A DNA stretch of 64,000 bases from the NCBI GenBank assembly GCA_963719515.1, contig CAVRCJ010000017.1, forward strand, positions 64,001-128,000. Direction: 5' to 3'. The notes beneath the pieces are model-generated. The model saw only the letters and a program-made list of their open reading frames with translations, did no database searches and had not been told where the DNA came from. Each line of letters opens with the position of its first letter. Position 1 is the stretch's first letter. A program made the translations under genes and the position numbers. Below are positions 20,887-31,682 of the stretch, piece by piece. The stretch is from an uncultured cyanobacterium (GTDB lineage: Bacteria > Cyanobacteriota > Cyanobacteriia > CAKZMO01).

Positions 20887-21733
20887 GCAGCGTCAGCGCG
20901 AGCAGGTCGGCGGCGACGGTGACCAAGTCGCCGCGCTCGTGGGCCTGGGCGATGAAGTCGCGGTAGTCGTAGATAGCCCCGTCGGTGGCGGGGTACTGCA
21001 GCAGCGCGCCGAAGATAGGCGTGGCGAAGTCAAACTGGCGGTGGTCGCCGACGATCACCTCAATGCCCAGGGGGAGCGATCGCGTCTGAATCACTTCGAT
21101 GGTTTGGGGGTGGCAGCGCTCAGAGACGAAAAAGGCGCTGGCCTTTTGCTTGCACATGCCGTAGCTGAGCCCCATAGCCTCAGCGGCGGCGGTGCCCTCG
21201 TCCAGCAGGGAGGCGTTGGCGATATCTAGCCCCGTTAGGTCAGTCACCAGGGTCTGAAAGTTGAGCAGCGCCTCTAGCCGTCCCTGGGCAATCTCGGGCT
21301 GGTAGGGGGTGTATTGGGTACACCAGCCGGGGTTTTCCAGCACGTTGCGCTAGATGACCGCCGGGGTGAAGCAGCCCGCGTAGCCCATGCCGATGAAGGA
21401 GCGGTAGACCTAGTTTTTACCGGCAATTTCTTTTAGGTCGGCCAGCAGAGTCTCTTCAGACTGACCGTTGGGGATATTGAGGGGCGATCGCCTGCGGATG
21501 GACTCGGGCACCGCCGGGTCGATGAGCACTTCTACACTGCCCGCGCCGAGCACCTGCAGCATGGCCTCGATATCCTGCGATCGCGGTCCGATGTGGCGAG
21601 GCTCGAAGGGCGCAACGCTCTGCTCAGGTCTCTGGTCAGACGTATGATTTGATATAGCGTCGGTAGATGGATCGACCTCAGACTGAGGGCTATTATCGAG
21701 GTCAGGAACGGTGTAGGTAGAATCGGGACTCAT
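20887..21733 (-). pseudogene. gcvP: Truncated duplicate of the gcvP 5' region
   Basis: Highly similar to 14906-15725 but with two CAG>TAG stops (21410-21412, 21350-21352), a different N-terminal extension, and truncation after ADLLALTL. Confidence 0.92.
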
Positions 21734-22045
21734 AGGGCTTGTCGGTCGCGGTTGATAATTACATTGTGCAACAGGTCTTTGAAACAGTCTGTAACATGTG
21801 CCGCCAGTCTCGGCCTGCGGTATTAGCCAGCAGATGTACCTCAGCTCACACCCTCTACGCCGCTAGCCGAACTAAGGCTTGGGGCTGGAAGACTGGCCGC
21901 TCTTTAGTAGAGATCTTGACGGACCATGTAGAATCTTTACAAGTGAAATTTAGCTGAGAGTACCGTCTTTGCTCGACGTTGCCCCGTCGCAGACCTCTCG
22001 CCGTATCATCTTTCACTGCGTAATTTGCGTTCCCACTCGTTTTAT

Positions 22046-23416
22046 TTGGAGGACAGACCCATTACATCCTTGACTCAACCCCCGGCCCATTCCAACTTCT
22101 CTCACGAGCAGCAGCCTGTCCTTGAAATAAAGGGGAAACGCACCCTATCTGGAGAGGTGACTATTGGCGGAGCGAAAAATTCGGCGCTCGTGCTCATGGC
22201 AGCAGCGCTGCTTTGCGCCAAGGACAGTCGCTTGCGTAACGTGCCTAACCTCCAGGACGTTTCGCGCATGGCAGATATTCTCAGTGCCGTTGGCGTAGAA
22301 ATAACGCATCACGGTGACCGTCTCGACATCAATGCCGCTCACATCAGCCCCACTCAGGCCCCTTACGAGCTCGTGAGTCAGCTGCGGGCGAGCTTCTTTA
22401 TCATTGGCCCCATGCTGGCCCGGCTGGGAGTAGCCCGAGTTCCCCTACCGGGAGGCTGCGCCATTGGTGCCCGTCCGGTCGATCTCCACGTCAAGGGGCT
22501 GAGAGCTTTGGGAGCCGATGTCTATATTGATCACGGCACTGTACATGCCTACGTTCCAGGACCGTCTAAACGGCTAACAGGGGCCCGCATCTATCTCGAT
22601 TTTCCCAGCGTTGGAGCCACCGAAACCTTGATGATGGCGGCGACCTTAGCCGACGGCGAGACCATTATTGAGAATGCTGCCCAGGAACCCGAGGTGATGG
22701 ACCTAGCAAATTTCTGTCGGGCCATGGGGGCGCGGATACGCGGGGCAGGAACCAAAACTATCATGATTTCTGGTGTCCCTGACCTGCATTCAGTGGACTA
22801 CAGCATTATTCCCGACCGCGTTGAGGCGGGTACGTTCATGGTAGCGGGCGCGGTGACGCACTCTGACATCACGCTGTCTCCAGTGATTCCGGAGCACTTG
22901 ACGGCAGCGATCGCCAAGCTACGGGCTACGGGTGCAGATGTGCGGATGGAGGGCACCCATCGACTGCGGGTGATTCCGGCGGCGACCTACCGGGCAACGG
23001 ATCTAGAGACGCTACCGTTTCCGGGCTTTCCCACCGATATGCAGGCGCAGTTCATGGTGCTGCTGGCCCTCAGCGAAGGCAACTCCGTGGTGACGGAGAC
23101 GGTATTTGAGAACCGCTTACGCCACGTGGCAGAGCTAAATCGCATGGGCGCAGATATTCGCGTTAAGGGCAACATCGCCGTGGTTTGCGGCGTGCCGCAG
23201 CTGTCGGGCGCGCCGGTTATGGCTACCGATCTGCGGGCCTCGGCGGCGCTGGTGCTAGCGGGTCTGGCCGCCGAGGGGACGACCTTTGTGCAGGGCCTGC
23301 ACCACCTCGACCGGGGCTACGAAAACCTGGAGGGCAAGCTGCGTCAGTTGGGCGCTGATATTGTGCGCACTCAGGCGGACGTTGCGGACCTCAAGGCTTT
23401 GGCCGTCCCTAGCTAG
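22046..23416 (+). CDS. murA: UDP-N-acetylglucosamine 1-carboxyvinyltransferase
   Basis: [32 protein letters not shown] and TDLRASAAL. No in-frame ATG near the start; TTG 22046 or ATT 22061 are the candidates. Confidence 0.95.
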   Translation: MEDRPITSLTQPPAHSNFSHEQQPVLEIKGKRTLSGEVTIGGAKNSALVLMAAALLCAKDSRLRNVPNLQDVSRMADILSAVGVEITHHGDRLDINAAHISPTQAPYELVSQLRASFFIIGPMLARLGVARVPLPGGCAIGARPVDLHVKGLRALGADVYIDHGTVHAYVPGPSKRLTGARIYLDFPSVGATETLMMAATLADGETIIENAAQEPEVMDLANFCRAMGARIRGAGTKTIMISGVPDLHSVDYSIIPDRVEAGTFMVAGAVTHSDITLSPVIPEHLTAAIAKLRATGADVRMEGTHRLRVIPAATYRATDLETLPFPGFPTDMQAQFMVLLALSEGNSVVTETVFENRLRHVAELNRMGADIRVKGNIAVVCGVPQLSGAPVMATDLRASAALVLAGLAAEGTTFVQGLHHLDRGYENLEGKLRQLGADIVRTQADVADLKALAVPS

Positions 23417-23637
23417 CGCGACTGTCGCTGTCGGCTGGTGTGTTGGCCGTGAATGTTCACCAGGTAGGGAACAAGATAGGTCAACCCAGCCGACAGCCAG
23501 CGACCCCGCGTCATTTGTTCCCGGACCAGAGCAGGGCCGTGGTTAATGGCAAACAGCAGCGACCCGACGACAAGAGCCACCCTAAGCGCGCTGGGGACCA
23601 GTTCGGGGTCAATTAAGCTGCGACAGAATCCTTTCAT
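23413..23637 (-). CDS. nrtS: NrtS-family small nitrate/nitrite transporter
   Basis: [18 protein letters not shown] ... [12 protein letters not shown] motif, 74 aa. Confidence 0.75.
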   Translation of the reverse strand: MKGFCRSLIDPELVPSALRVALVVGSLLFAINHGPALVREQMTRGRWLSAGLTYLVPYLVNIHGQHTSRQRQSR

Positions 23638-23676
23638 CTCGCCCAGCGCCACGGCATTACCCAACTATGGTACGCG

Positions 23677-24658
23677 CTAGGGGGAAACTAAGGGATAGCG
23701 ATCGCTAGGTGAGGCGGCCCATTCCCACATAGAGCCAGGGTAGTTCTTGACCTCGAAGCCTAAATCGGTCAGCACGACCGCCAGCCAAGCCGAGCGCACG
23801 CCGCCGGTGCAGTAGGTGACAACGGGGGTGTCGCGGGTGATACCTGCGGCTTCTAGCTTTGCTGTGAGCGCAGCTCGCGGCAGGAGACGCCCCGTTTCGT
23901 CCATCAGTGACTTGAAATGGAGAGAAACAGCCCCTGGAACATGTCCGCCCCTCGCTTCGCCGTGAGGAGTCTCGCCGCCGTATTCGGCAGCTGATCGGCT
24001 ATCAACCACGGTGAGCTGAGCGCCGTCTAGGCCGTCTCGAAGGCGATCGCGATCGATAGACCAGGTGTCGTTTCGCTGTACGAGAAATTCAGCAGCGGCG
24101 GGCGGGGTTATGTCAACGTTTCGCGCGGCCAGAGCAGACCCTAGGGCCGCCTGCCCCCCGTCTACCATCGCCACCGCCGGATGGCCTAGAGTCCGCAGCA
24201 TCCACACGATGCGCCCGTCTTCTCCCCAAGATTGGGGATCCCCAGCAACCAGCACCGGCACGTCATTGGAGACCCCCAGCGCCCCCAGCTTGCGGGCGAG
24301 GGCTGGGTCGTTTTCCAAGAGCTTGCCCCGATCAGAAGCGCTAGGCTGGGTGAAGGCAGGCCAGGTGATAGGAACGGCACTCACCAGCCGGGAGACGGCA
24401 GTTGTGCGGGAATCTAGGACGACCGCGTCAGCCTCCTGAATGATTTGAACCGCCTCCTCGGCAGACACGACCCACCGATCGGCTCCATTGAGCGGTTTCC
24501 GCGGGGCTGAGGCGGCGTCTGGGCGCTGAAGGACGCAGCGATATGCGGAAGGCGGTCAGGCGCTGGAGACCCGTCGCAACGACAAAGGGCCGCGCTAGGG
24601 CGATCGCGGCCATGGCTAGAAGCAGGCCTGCCAGCCCAAGGGCAATTCGCGCAGTCAT
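23677..24658 (-). CDS. Double-domain rhodanese/sulfurtransferase with an N-terminal signal/anchor in another frame (probable frameshift near 24550)
   Basis: GRIVWML..LGH, GGHVPGA, active site YCTGGVRS and YPGSMWEW. The hydrophobic leader MTARIALGLAGLLL at 24658 is out of frame with the catalytic part. Confidence 0.8.
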
Positions 24659-24695
24659 CAGTCTCACAGCAATACTTTCCCCAAGGCCAACGTTA

Positions 24696-25325
24696 TCATC
24701 TGCATGCCAGAAGGGCATGAATGTCACCACCGCAGATCGCGCCCAGATTGCGAGTAATTTTCTCGATGTCCCAGTGCCACCACTGAACAGCTAATAGGGT
24801 GGTGATAGTGTCTTCATCAAATCGCTTGCGAATCTCCTTTGCCGGGTTACCGCCGACAATCGAGTAAGGCTGCACCGACTGGGTCACCACCGACTTTGAG
24901 GCTACGATTGCCCCGTCGCCAACCTCGACCCCTGGCATTAACGTTGCCCCGTAGCCAATCCAAACGTCATTGCCAACGACAGTATTGCCCTTATTGGGCC
25001 AATCCTCAGGCATCGCCGCTTCCCAGCCCTGGCCAAAGACCGGGAAGGGATAATTGGTGAACCAGTCGGTGCGGTGATTGCCGCCGTTCATAATGAATTT
25101 AACACCGGAGGCAATACAGCAGAACTTGCCGATAATCAGCTTATCGCCGACAAAGTCGAAGTGGTAGAGGACGTTGCGTTCGAAGTCTTCTGGACGATCG
25201 GCATCGTCGTAGTAGGTGTAGTCTCCGACAGTAATATTGGGGTTGGTGACAACTGCTTTTAGATAGACGAGCCGCGTTTGGCCGGCTATCGGGTGCTTGG
25301 TTTCTGGAGAAGGACCGTAAGCCAT
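24696..25325 (-). CDS. Vat/CatB-family hexapeptide O-acetyltransferase
   Basis: VGDYTYYDD, LIIGKFCCIASG, GNDVWIG and WWHW. Confidence 0.88.
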   Translation of the reverse strand: MAYGPSPETKHPIAGQTRLVYLKAVVTNPNITVGDYTYYDDADRPEDFERNVLYHFDFVGDKLIIGKFCCIASGVKFIMNGGNHRTDWFTNYPFPVFGQGWEAAMPEDWPNKGNTVVGNDVWIGYGATLMPGVEVGDGAIVASKSVVTQSVQPYSIVGGNPAKEIRKRFDEDTITTLLAVQWWHWDIEKITRNLGAICGGDIHALLACR

Positions 25326-25468
25326 AGGATATCTCTCGCTGCGATCGCGCCAGGCTTGTATTTACAGCTTTGGCCGCATTGCCTAGGACAATATCGTGGG
25401 CTCAAACCTCTACATCGCATAGGCAATGCGGCGCGCAAATGACCTAACGCTTAATCTGCTCATAGCGC

Positions 25469-25501
25469 AAAAAAAAGTGGGAGATTGAATCTCCCACTTT
25501 T
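25469..25501 (-). terminator. Intrinsic terminator downstream of clpC (probably bidirectional)
   Basis: AAAAAAAAGTGGGAGATT-G-AATCTCCCACTTTT hairpin with A/T tails. Confidence 0.8.
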
Positions 25502-25559
25502 CACTGTATTGAGGTTACAGCATTGAGGCTGCGCTAGCCAAAGCTAGTAGAAGCCGGCG

Positions 25560-28052
25560 CTATTCAGACCCTTGAGGAAGCAGCTCGCGCTCTTCACCCT
25601 GCTGAATTGTCACCTTGCCGTCCTCATCCACATCAACAACGGCGGCATCGCCATCGCCAACGCGGCCCGACAGGATTTCCTCGGCCAGGGAGTCTTCTAG
25701 CAGCCGCATGATGGCACGGCGCAGCGGTCGGGCTCCGTAGCTGGGATTGTAGCCTTCCTCCACCAGACGGTCCTTGAACCGCTCGGTGACCTCCAGCTGA
25801 ATGCCCTGCTCCAGCAGCCGATTGAAGACTTCCTTGAGCAAGATGTCCGAAATCTCCTTGACCTCGTCCTTCGTCAGCTGACGGAAGACAATGATCTCGT
25901 CGATTCGGTTCAAGAACTCAGGGCGGAAGTATTGCTTCAGCTCTTCGTTCACCAGGGAGCGGATGCGGGTGTATTGGGCATCGGCCTGGTTCTCAGAACC
26001 AAACTCGAAGCCAAGACCCGTGCCGCCTTTCTCAATCACCTTCGAACCGATGTTCGAGGTCATGATTAAGAGGGTGTTCTTGAAGTCCACCGTCCGGCCC
26101 TTGGCGTCGGTCAGGCGACCGTCTTCAAGGATCTGCAACAGCATGTTGAAGATGTCGGGGTGAGCCTTCTCAATCTCATCAAACAGGACCACGGTATAGG
26201 GGCGACGACGCACGGCTTCGGTAAGCTGTCCGCCCTCGTTGTAGCCCACATATCCCGGCGGTGAGCCGATGAGCTTGGAGACCGTGTGACGCTCCATATA
26301 CTCCGACATGTCGAGGCGAATCATCGCATCTTCAGAGCCGAAGAAGTAGGAGGCCAGGGCCTTGGTCAACTCTGTCTTACCGACGCCTGTAGGGCCGGAG
26401 AAGATGAAGCTGGCGATAGGCCGGTTGGGGTTTTTGAGGCCAACGCGGGCCCGGCGGATGGCGCGAGACACGGCCTTGACCGCCTCGTCCTGGCCGATAA
26501 GCCGCGTGTGGAGGGTATCCTCCATGTGGAGCAGCTTCTCGGACTCGGACTCGGTGAGCTTGTTCACCGGGACACCGGTCCAGGACGCCACAATGTGGGC
26601 AATATCCTCTTCGGTGACCACAGGAGACGTATCGCTGCTCCCTTTCTCCCCTTCAGCCGCCTCGACCTCTGCCTTGCGGCTTTGGGCGATCGCCCGAATC
26701 TCAGCCTTGATCTCCATCTCCCGATCGCGCAGTTCTCCGGCGCGGTCGAAGTCCTGAGAGCGAACGGCCTCGTCCTTGTCTTTGAGGACCTGACGCAGCT
26801 CCTTGTCGAGCTCCTTCGCCGCCGGGGGCAGCTGAGAGTTGATCAGACGCACGCGGGAGCCCGCCTCGTCGATCAGGTCAATGGCTTTGTCGGGCAGGAA
26901 GCGGTCGGAGATGTAGCGATCGCTAAGTTTCGCCGCCGCGTCTAGAGCCTCGTCAGAGATGCGCAGCTTGTGGTGCTGCTCGTAGCGGTCCCGCAGGCCG
27001 TGGAGAATTTCGATGGTTTCATCCACCGAAGGCTCGCCCACCATCACCGGCTGGAAGCGCCGCTCTAGGGCTGCGTCCCGCTCGATGTGCTTGCGGTACT
27101 CGTCGAGGGTGGTGGCCCCGATACACTGCAGCTCTCCCCGCGCCAGCGCGGGCTTGAGAATGTTAGCAGCGTCAATGGCCCCTTCTGCAGCCCCCGCGCC
27201 GATGAGGGTGTGCACCTCGTCGATTACCAGAATGACGTTCGCCGCCTGGCGAATTTCATCCATGATTTTCTTGAGGCGCTCCTCAAACTCACCGCGATAC
27301 TTGGTGCCTGCTACCAGCAGACCGATATCGAGGGTGACAACGCGCTTCTCCTCGAGAATGTCGGGGATGTCGTTGTTGGAGATTCGCTGAGCTAAACCCT
27401 CGGCGATCGCGGTCTTACCCACACCCGGCTCACCGATGAGAACAGGGTTGTTCTTAGTCCGGCGACCCAGAATCTGGATAACGCGCTCAATCTCTTTTTG
27501 ACGGCCCACCACTGGGTCAAGCTTGCCCTCAGCGGCCATCTGGGTGAGGTTGGAACCAAACTCATCCAGCGTAGGGGTCTTAGTTCGACCCTGTCCGCCG
27601 CCTGCAGAGACTTCAGCCGTCTCGCCCAGCATGCGGATTACCTGGGTGCGGACCTTGGAGAGGTCAACGCCCAAATTCTCCAGAACCCTCGCGGCGACGC
27701 CCTCGCCCTCGCGAATTAGGCCCAAGAGCAGGTGCTCTGTACCAATGTAGTTGTGACCAAGCTGCCGGGCCTCCTCTAAAGACAGCTCTAAAACTCGTTT
27801 TGCCCTGGGGGTGAAGGGGATTTCAACCGCAACAAACCCAGAACCACGTCCGATAATTTTCTCAACCTCGATGCGAGCGTCCTTAAGATTGACCCCCATC
27901 GATTTCAAGACTTTGGCGGCGACTCCGGTACCTTCTCCAATCAGACCCAAGAGAATCTGCTCGGTACCTACAAAGTTGTGCCCGAGGCGACGTGCTTCCT
28001 CTTGGGCGAGCATGATCACCTTAATGGCTTTTTCTGTAAAGCGTTCAAACAT
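25560..28052 (-). CDS. clpC: ATP-dependent Clp protease ATP-binding subunit ClpC
   Basis: [32 protein letters not shown]; two AAA+ modules ([16 protein letters not shown]) and a UVR domain. Confidence 0.98.
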   Translation of the reverse strand: MFERFTEKAIKVIMLAQEEARRLGHNFVGTEQILLGLIGEGTGVAAKVLKSMGVNLKDARIEVEKIIGRGSGFVAVEIPFTPRAKRVLELSLEEARQLGHNYIGTEHLLLGLIREGEGVAARVLENLGVDLSKVRTQVIRMLGETAEVSAGGGQGRTKTPTLDEFGSNLTQMAAEGKLDPVVGRQKEIERVIQILGRRTKNNPVLIGEPGVGKTAIAEGLAQRISNNDIPDILEEKRVVTLDIGLLVAGTKYRGEFEERLKKIMDEIRQAANVILVIDEVHTLIGAGAAEGAIDAANILKPALARGELQCIGATTLDEYRKHIERDAALERRFQPVMVGEPSVDETIEILHGLRDRYEQHHKLRISDEALDAAAKLSDRYISDRFLPDKAIDLIDEAGSRVRLINSQLPPAAKELDKELRQVLKDKDEAVRSQDFDRAGELRDREMEIKAEIRAIAQSRKAEVEAAEGEKGSSDTSPVVTEEDIAHIVASWTGVPVNKLTESESEKLLHMEDTLHTRLIGQDEAVKAVSRAIRRARVGLKNPNRPIASFIFSGPTGVGKTELTKALASYFFGSEDAMIRLDMSEYMERHTVSKLIGSPPGYVGYNEGGQLTEAVRRRPYTVVLFDEIEKAHPDIFNMLLQILEDGRLTDAKGRTVDFKNTLLIMTSNIGSKVIEKGGTGLGFEFGSENQADAQYTRIRSLVNEELKQYFRPEFLNRIDEIIVFRQLTKDEVKEISDILLKEVFNRLLEQGIQLEVTERFKDRLVEEGYNPSYGARPLRRAIMRLLEDSLAEEILSGRVGDGDAAVVDVDEDGKVTIQQGEERELLPQGSE

Positions 28053-28410
28053 GGTGTTCCTTCATCACCTGCTGCAGTGCGGCATGCTGATTCTAGCATA
28101 GGCAAAAGTCTCTGGCTGCTGCTCTGAGCCACCAGACGTCACAAAATGTAGATAGATACACCCCAAAAAGATCTTTGTCCGGCTTAATTCACCCTTAGCG
28201 TCTACATAACAATTAAAAAAGGTTTGGCATCAACCTTCCCGAAGGAAATATTGGAGAGGAACGCCGGCCAAGTCAAGAGATATTGGTAATGCTGATGAAT
28301 GCAGGCGACTAAGCTTATGGGTTGAGCTTATAGGTCGACGCCTAGGGCCTTGACGCAGCTAAGCCAGCTTAAAAGGGGCGCAGGAAGCCAGTTTCCTCTA
28401 GCTCTTTAGA

Positions 28411-29040
28411 TCAGACGTACTCGGATGAATCAGGGGATGATGTAGTCGTTCTAGGCGATCGCAAACGCCACTCACCCTGCCTCAATCGAGATAATGTCTG
28501 CTGATGCGAGCGATCTAAAATGGCTTCAAACTCCGGCGTCTGCAATCCCTTTCGCCATAGGATAAGGGCGTCCTCCCCGGTATGGGGATAATACCGCCGC
28601 CGCCGGCCTAAGGCCTGAAATTCAAAGGCGTCGTATAGACTAATCGCGGCAGAGTTGCTGGCCCGCACCTCTAGGGTCGCCCACTCCTGGCCGCGCTGTC
28701 GCGCCCACTCCAGCATCCCGCCCAGCACGGCCTGCCCAAAACCCTGGCGACGATACTGGGGATGGACAGCCAGGATAGTGATGTGGGCTTCCTCACAGAT
28801 GGCCCAGAGACAGCCAACGGCGAGGAGTTTGGGAATATTGGACGCCGAACCTGCCGCTAGCTCGCTTGGCGCGGGTTCTGTGGGTCCTTGGTCGACCAAG
28901 CCCACAAGAATACTGTTGGGACTATCGATCTCGCGCTCGTAGGCATCTTGAGACCACAGTCCGCCAAAGCACTGCTCGTCTAGCTGGAGAATCTCGGGTA
29001 GAAAATCGCAAGTTAACGGCGTAAGCTGAAGAAATCTCAT
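28411..29040 (-). CDS. rimI: Ribosomal-protein-alanine N-acetyltransferase
   Basis: GNAT motifs EEAHITILAVHP, RRQGFG, LEVRASN and GEDALIL; conserved position beside clpC. Confidence 0.88.
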   Translation of the reverse strand: MRFLQLTPLTCDFLPEILQLDEQCFGGLWSQDAYEREIDSPNSILVGLVDQGPTEPAPSELAAGSASNIPKLLAVGCLWAICEEAHITILAVHPQYRRQGFGQAVLGGMLEWARQRGQEWATLEVRASNSAAISLYDAFEFQALGRRRRYYPHTGEDALILWRKGLQTPEFEAILDRSHQQTLSRLRQGEWRLRSPRTTTSSPDSSEYV

Positions 29041-29167
29041 ACCTGCGATTTACGCTCTCGATTGCGGCACAATCCTGTTACGATGCATTGTTTGACTACG
29101 GTGCATTAAGTCCGCGAACTTTGTAGCCAATACCCTCACAAGCCAACGTATCTGCAGCCCACGCCCT

Positions 29168-30559
29168 ATGGTATCCACTCCAACCGTATCCCTCCAGTCT
29201 GGCCTCGACTATCTATCTGAACCCTTCACCAGCGCCTCTGTCAATCGCTCTTTGCTCCCCCTTACGGCCCGCCGCAATCAGTCCGATCGCTTAGAAGTTG
29301 GCGGCTGCGACGTGGTGGAGCTAGTGAAATCGTTTGGGTCACCCCTCTACATTTTGGATGAGGTGACGCTGAGGCGGGCCTGTCAGCAGTACCGCAACGC
29401 CTTCCAGTCGCACTACGCAGGTGAGTCCCTCGTGATCTATGCCTCAAAGGCGTGGAACTGCTTGGGGGTCTGCGCCATTGTGGCGAGCGAAGGTCTAGGG
29501 ATCGACGTCGTTTCGGGCGGAGAACTGTTTACGGCCCTGGAGAGCGGTTTTGAGGCCGACAAAGTTTATTTTCACGGCAATAATAAGTCTCAAGAAGAAA
29601 TTGAGCTTGCCCTGCGCGCTGGCGTTACCCTCGTGGTAGATAACTGGCTGGAGCTCAAGGCGATCGCGATCCTCGCCGAGGCCAGCGACCCGGTGCGCGT
29701 CCTGCTGCGCATGACCCCCGGCATCGAATGCCACACCCACGAATATATTCAGACGGGGCACATAGACAGTAAATTTGGCTTTGACCCGACCCAGCTAGAC
29801 GACCTGCTGGCGTACTTTGAGACCACGCCTCAGGTCGACTGCATCGGCCTTCACGCCCACATCGGCTCCCAGATCTTCGAGCTGCAGCCCCACCGAGACT
29901 TGCCCGAGGTAATGGTGCAGTGGATGGTTGAGGCGGCTCAGCGCGGCCTGCCCGTGAGAGAGCTAGATATCGGCGGGGGCCTAGGCATTCGCTACACCGA
30001 ATCCGATGACCCACCCACCATTGAAGAGTGGGTAGAAACCGTGAGCAAGGCGGTAACCGCAGCCTGCAGCGCCCACGGCTTTCCGCTGCCTAAGCTGATC
30101 TCAGAACCGGGGCGATCGCTCATTGGCACGGCCTGCATCACCGCCTACACCGTTGGCAGCCAGAAGGAAGTCCCCGGTACCCGTACCTATATCACTGTGG
30201 ACGGGGGCATGTCCGATAATCCCCGACCCATCACCTACCAGTCCGCCTACTGCGCTCTGCTAGCTAACAAACTGTCACACCCCTACACCGAGACCGTCAC
30301 CATTGCGGGCAAGCACTGCGAGTCGGGAGACGTGCTGATTCGAGACGCCGCCCTCCCGCCGTCCAGCAGCGGTGATATTCTAGTGGTGATGGGTACAGGG
30401 GCATATAACTACAGCATGGCCTCTAATTACAACCGAATCCCGCGGCCTGCCGCAGTTTTGGTGTGTGATGGCACTGCCGAGCTGATTTTGCAAAGAGAAA
30501 CCTACCAAGATCTCGTTCGGCAAGACCGCCTGCCGTCAAGGCTAAAGCGTGGGAACTAG
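29168..30559 (+). CDS. lysA: Diaminopimelate decarboxylase
   Basis: YASKA (PLP Lys), HIGSQ, EPGRS, HCESGD and GAYNYSMASNYN. Confidence 0.96.
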   Translation: MVSTPTVSLQSGLDYLSEPFTSASVNRSLLPLTARRNQSDRLEVGGCDVVELVKSFGSPLYILDEVTLRRACQQYRNAFQSHYAGESLVIYASKAWNCLGVCAIVASEGLGIDVVSGGELFTALESGFEADKVYFHGNNKSQEEIELALRAGVTLVVDNWLELKAIAILAEASDPVRVLLRMTPGIECHTHEYIQTGHIDSKFGFDPTQLDDLLAYFETTPQVDCIGLHAHIGSQIFELQPHRDLPEVMVQWMVEAAQRGLPVRELDIGGGLGIRYTESDDPPTIEEWVETVSKAVTAACSAHGFPLPKLISEPGRSLIGTACITAYTVGSQKEVPGTRTYITVDGGMSDNPRPITYQSAYCALLANKLSHPYTETVTIAGKHCESGDVLIRDAALPPSSSGDILVVMGTGAYNYSMASNYNRIPRPAAVLVCDGTAELILQRETYQDLVRQDRLPSRLKRGN

Positions 30560-30634
30560 CGACAGACCAGCGACAAACCGTTGACGGATATGTCATAGTT
30601 TCCGCAACGGAGCGGAATTATTCAAGCATTCTCC

Positions 30635-31582
30635 ATGGGAGCATTCTTAAAGCAATGGCTAGCAAACCTTGGCTGGACTCAGGCCTTGCTTATCCATGCG
30701 CTTGATATTGGGCTAGTTTTGGTACTGGCCTACATGGTGCTGGTCGTTATTGGGGAGCGACGAACGCTGTGGATGGTGCGGGGCTTGATCGTACTGATGT
30801 TGTCAGCGGCCCTCAGTGAAGCCGCTGGGTTCGAACTCCTAAGCTTCGTCTTAGAGAAACTGGTGATTGGCTCCGCTGTTGCCATGGCGTTTATCTTCCA
30901 GGCTGAGTTTCGTCGCCTGCTCGAACAGCTAGGGCGGGGTGAACTGCTGCAGCTGTTTCATCCGGTGCGCGAGGTGATCTCTAAGCCGGACGACGTCATT
31001 GATGAGATTGTGGAGGCGGTCAAAAACTTATCCCAAAATCGTATCGGGGCGCTGCTGATTATGGAGACTAACCGTCCCATTGACGAGAGCGATTTCTCTG
31101 TCTCCGGCGTCCGGCTCAACGCTGAAGTCTCCCGCGAGCTGCTGCAAACGATTTTTCAGACGTCTACGCTGCTGCACGACGGTGCCGTTTTGATTCGCGA
31201 CTCCCGCGTCATCGCAGCCAGCGTTATCTTGCCGATTTCTGAGCGGGACGCCTCCCGGCAGTTGGGCACTCGCCACCGGGCGGCAATGGGCATTACGGAG
31301 CGGGTTGAGCACTGCCTCTGTGTGGTGGTGTCTGAGGAAACCGGCTCAATTTCTATCGCCGAAGGGGGAGCCTTGAACCGTCCCCTCACCAGCAGCCGGC
31401 TCAAGGAGCTTCTGCGCGAGCGATTTACGCAGACTACGGAGCGAGAGGTCGTGTCGCCCCAGCTGCGGAGTTTGGGTCGCCGGCTGGGAAACCAGCTCCG
31501 CGGTCTACTGTCGCGGGGAATTCGCTTATTGTCTCAGCCCCAGCCTCGGGGACGGAGTAAGCGAAAATCAAAGCGAGGCTAA
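30635..31582 (+). CDS. cdaA: Diadenylate cyclase CdaA
   Basis: 3 TM helices, HDGA and GTRHRAA motifs; lysA-cdaA-uppS synteny. Confidence 0.93.
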   Translation: MGAFLKQWLANLGWTQALLIHALDIGLVLVLAYMVLVVIGERRTLWMVRGLIVLMLSAALSEAAGFELLSFVLEKLVIGSAVAMAFIFQAEFRRLLEQLGRGELLQLFHPVREVISKPDDVIDEIVEAVKNLSQNRIGALLIMETNRPIDESDFSVSGVRLNAEVSRELLQTIFQTSTLLHDGAVLIRDSRVIAASVILPISERDASRQLGTRHRAAMGITERVEHCLCVVVSEETGSISIAEGGALNRPLTSSRLKELLRERFTQTTEREVVSPQLRSLGRRLGNQLRGLLSRGIRLLSQPQPRGRSKRKSKRG

Positions 31583-31682
31583 CATTGGGTGTGAAGGAAT
31601 CTTCAAGATCGGCGTATTTTGAGGAAACGGGCCAAATCCACTTGTTAAGTTAGAGCGGGAATAGCGATTCTTGGGAGATATC

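Noticed and set aside
20684..21229. 181-aa plus-strand ORF as a real gene
   Set aside because: It is a chimera of a TPR remnant and the antisense strand of the gcvP relic.
24696..25325. Acquired antibiotic-resistance cassette
   Set aside because: Vat/CatB-like acetyltransferases are common chromosomal genes, and there is no integron or IS context here.
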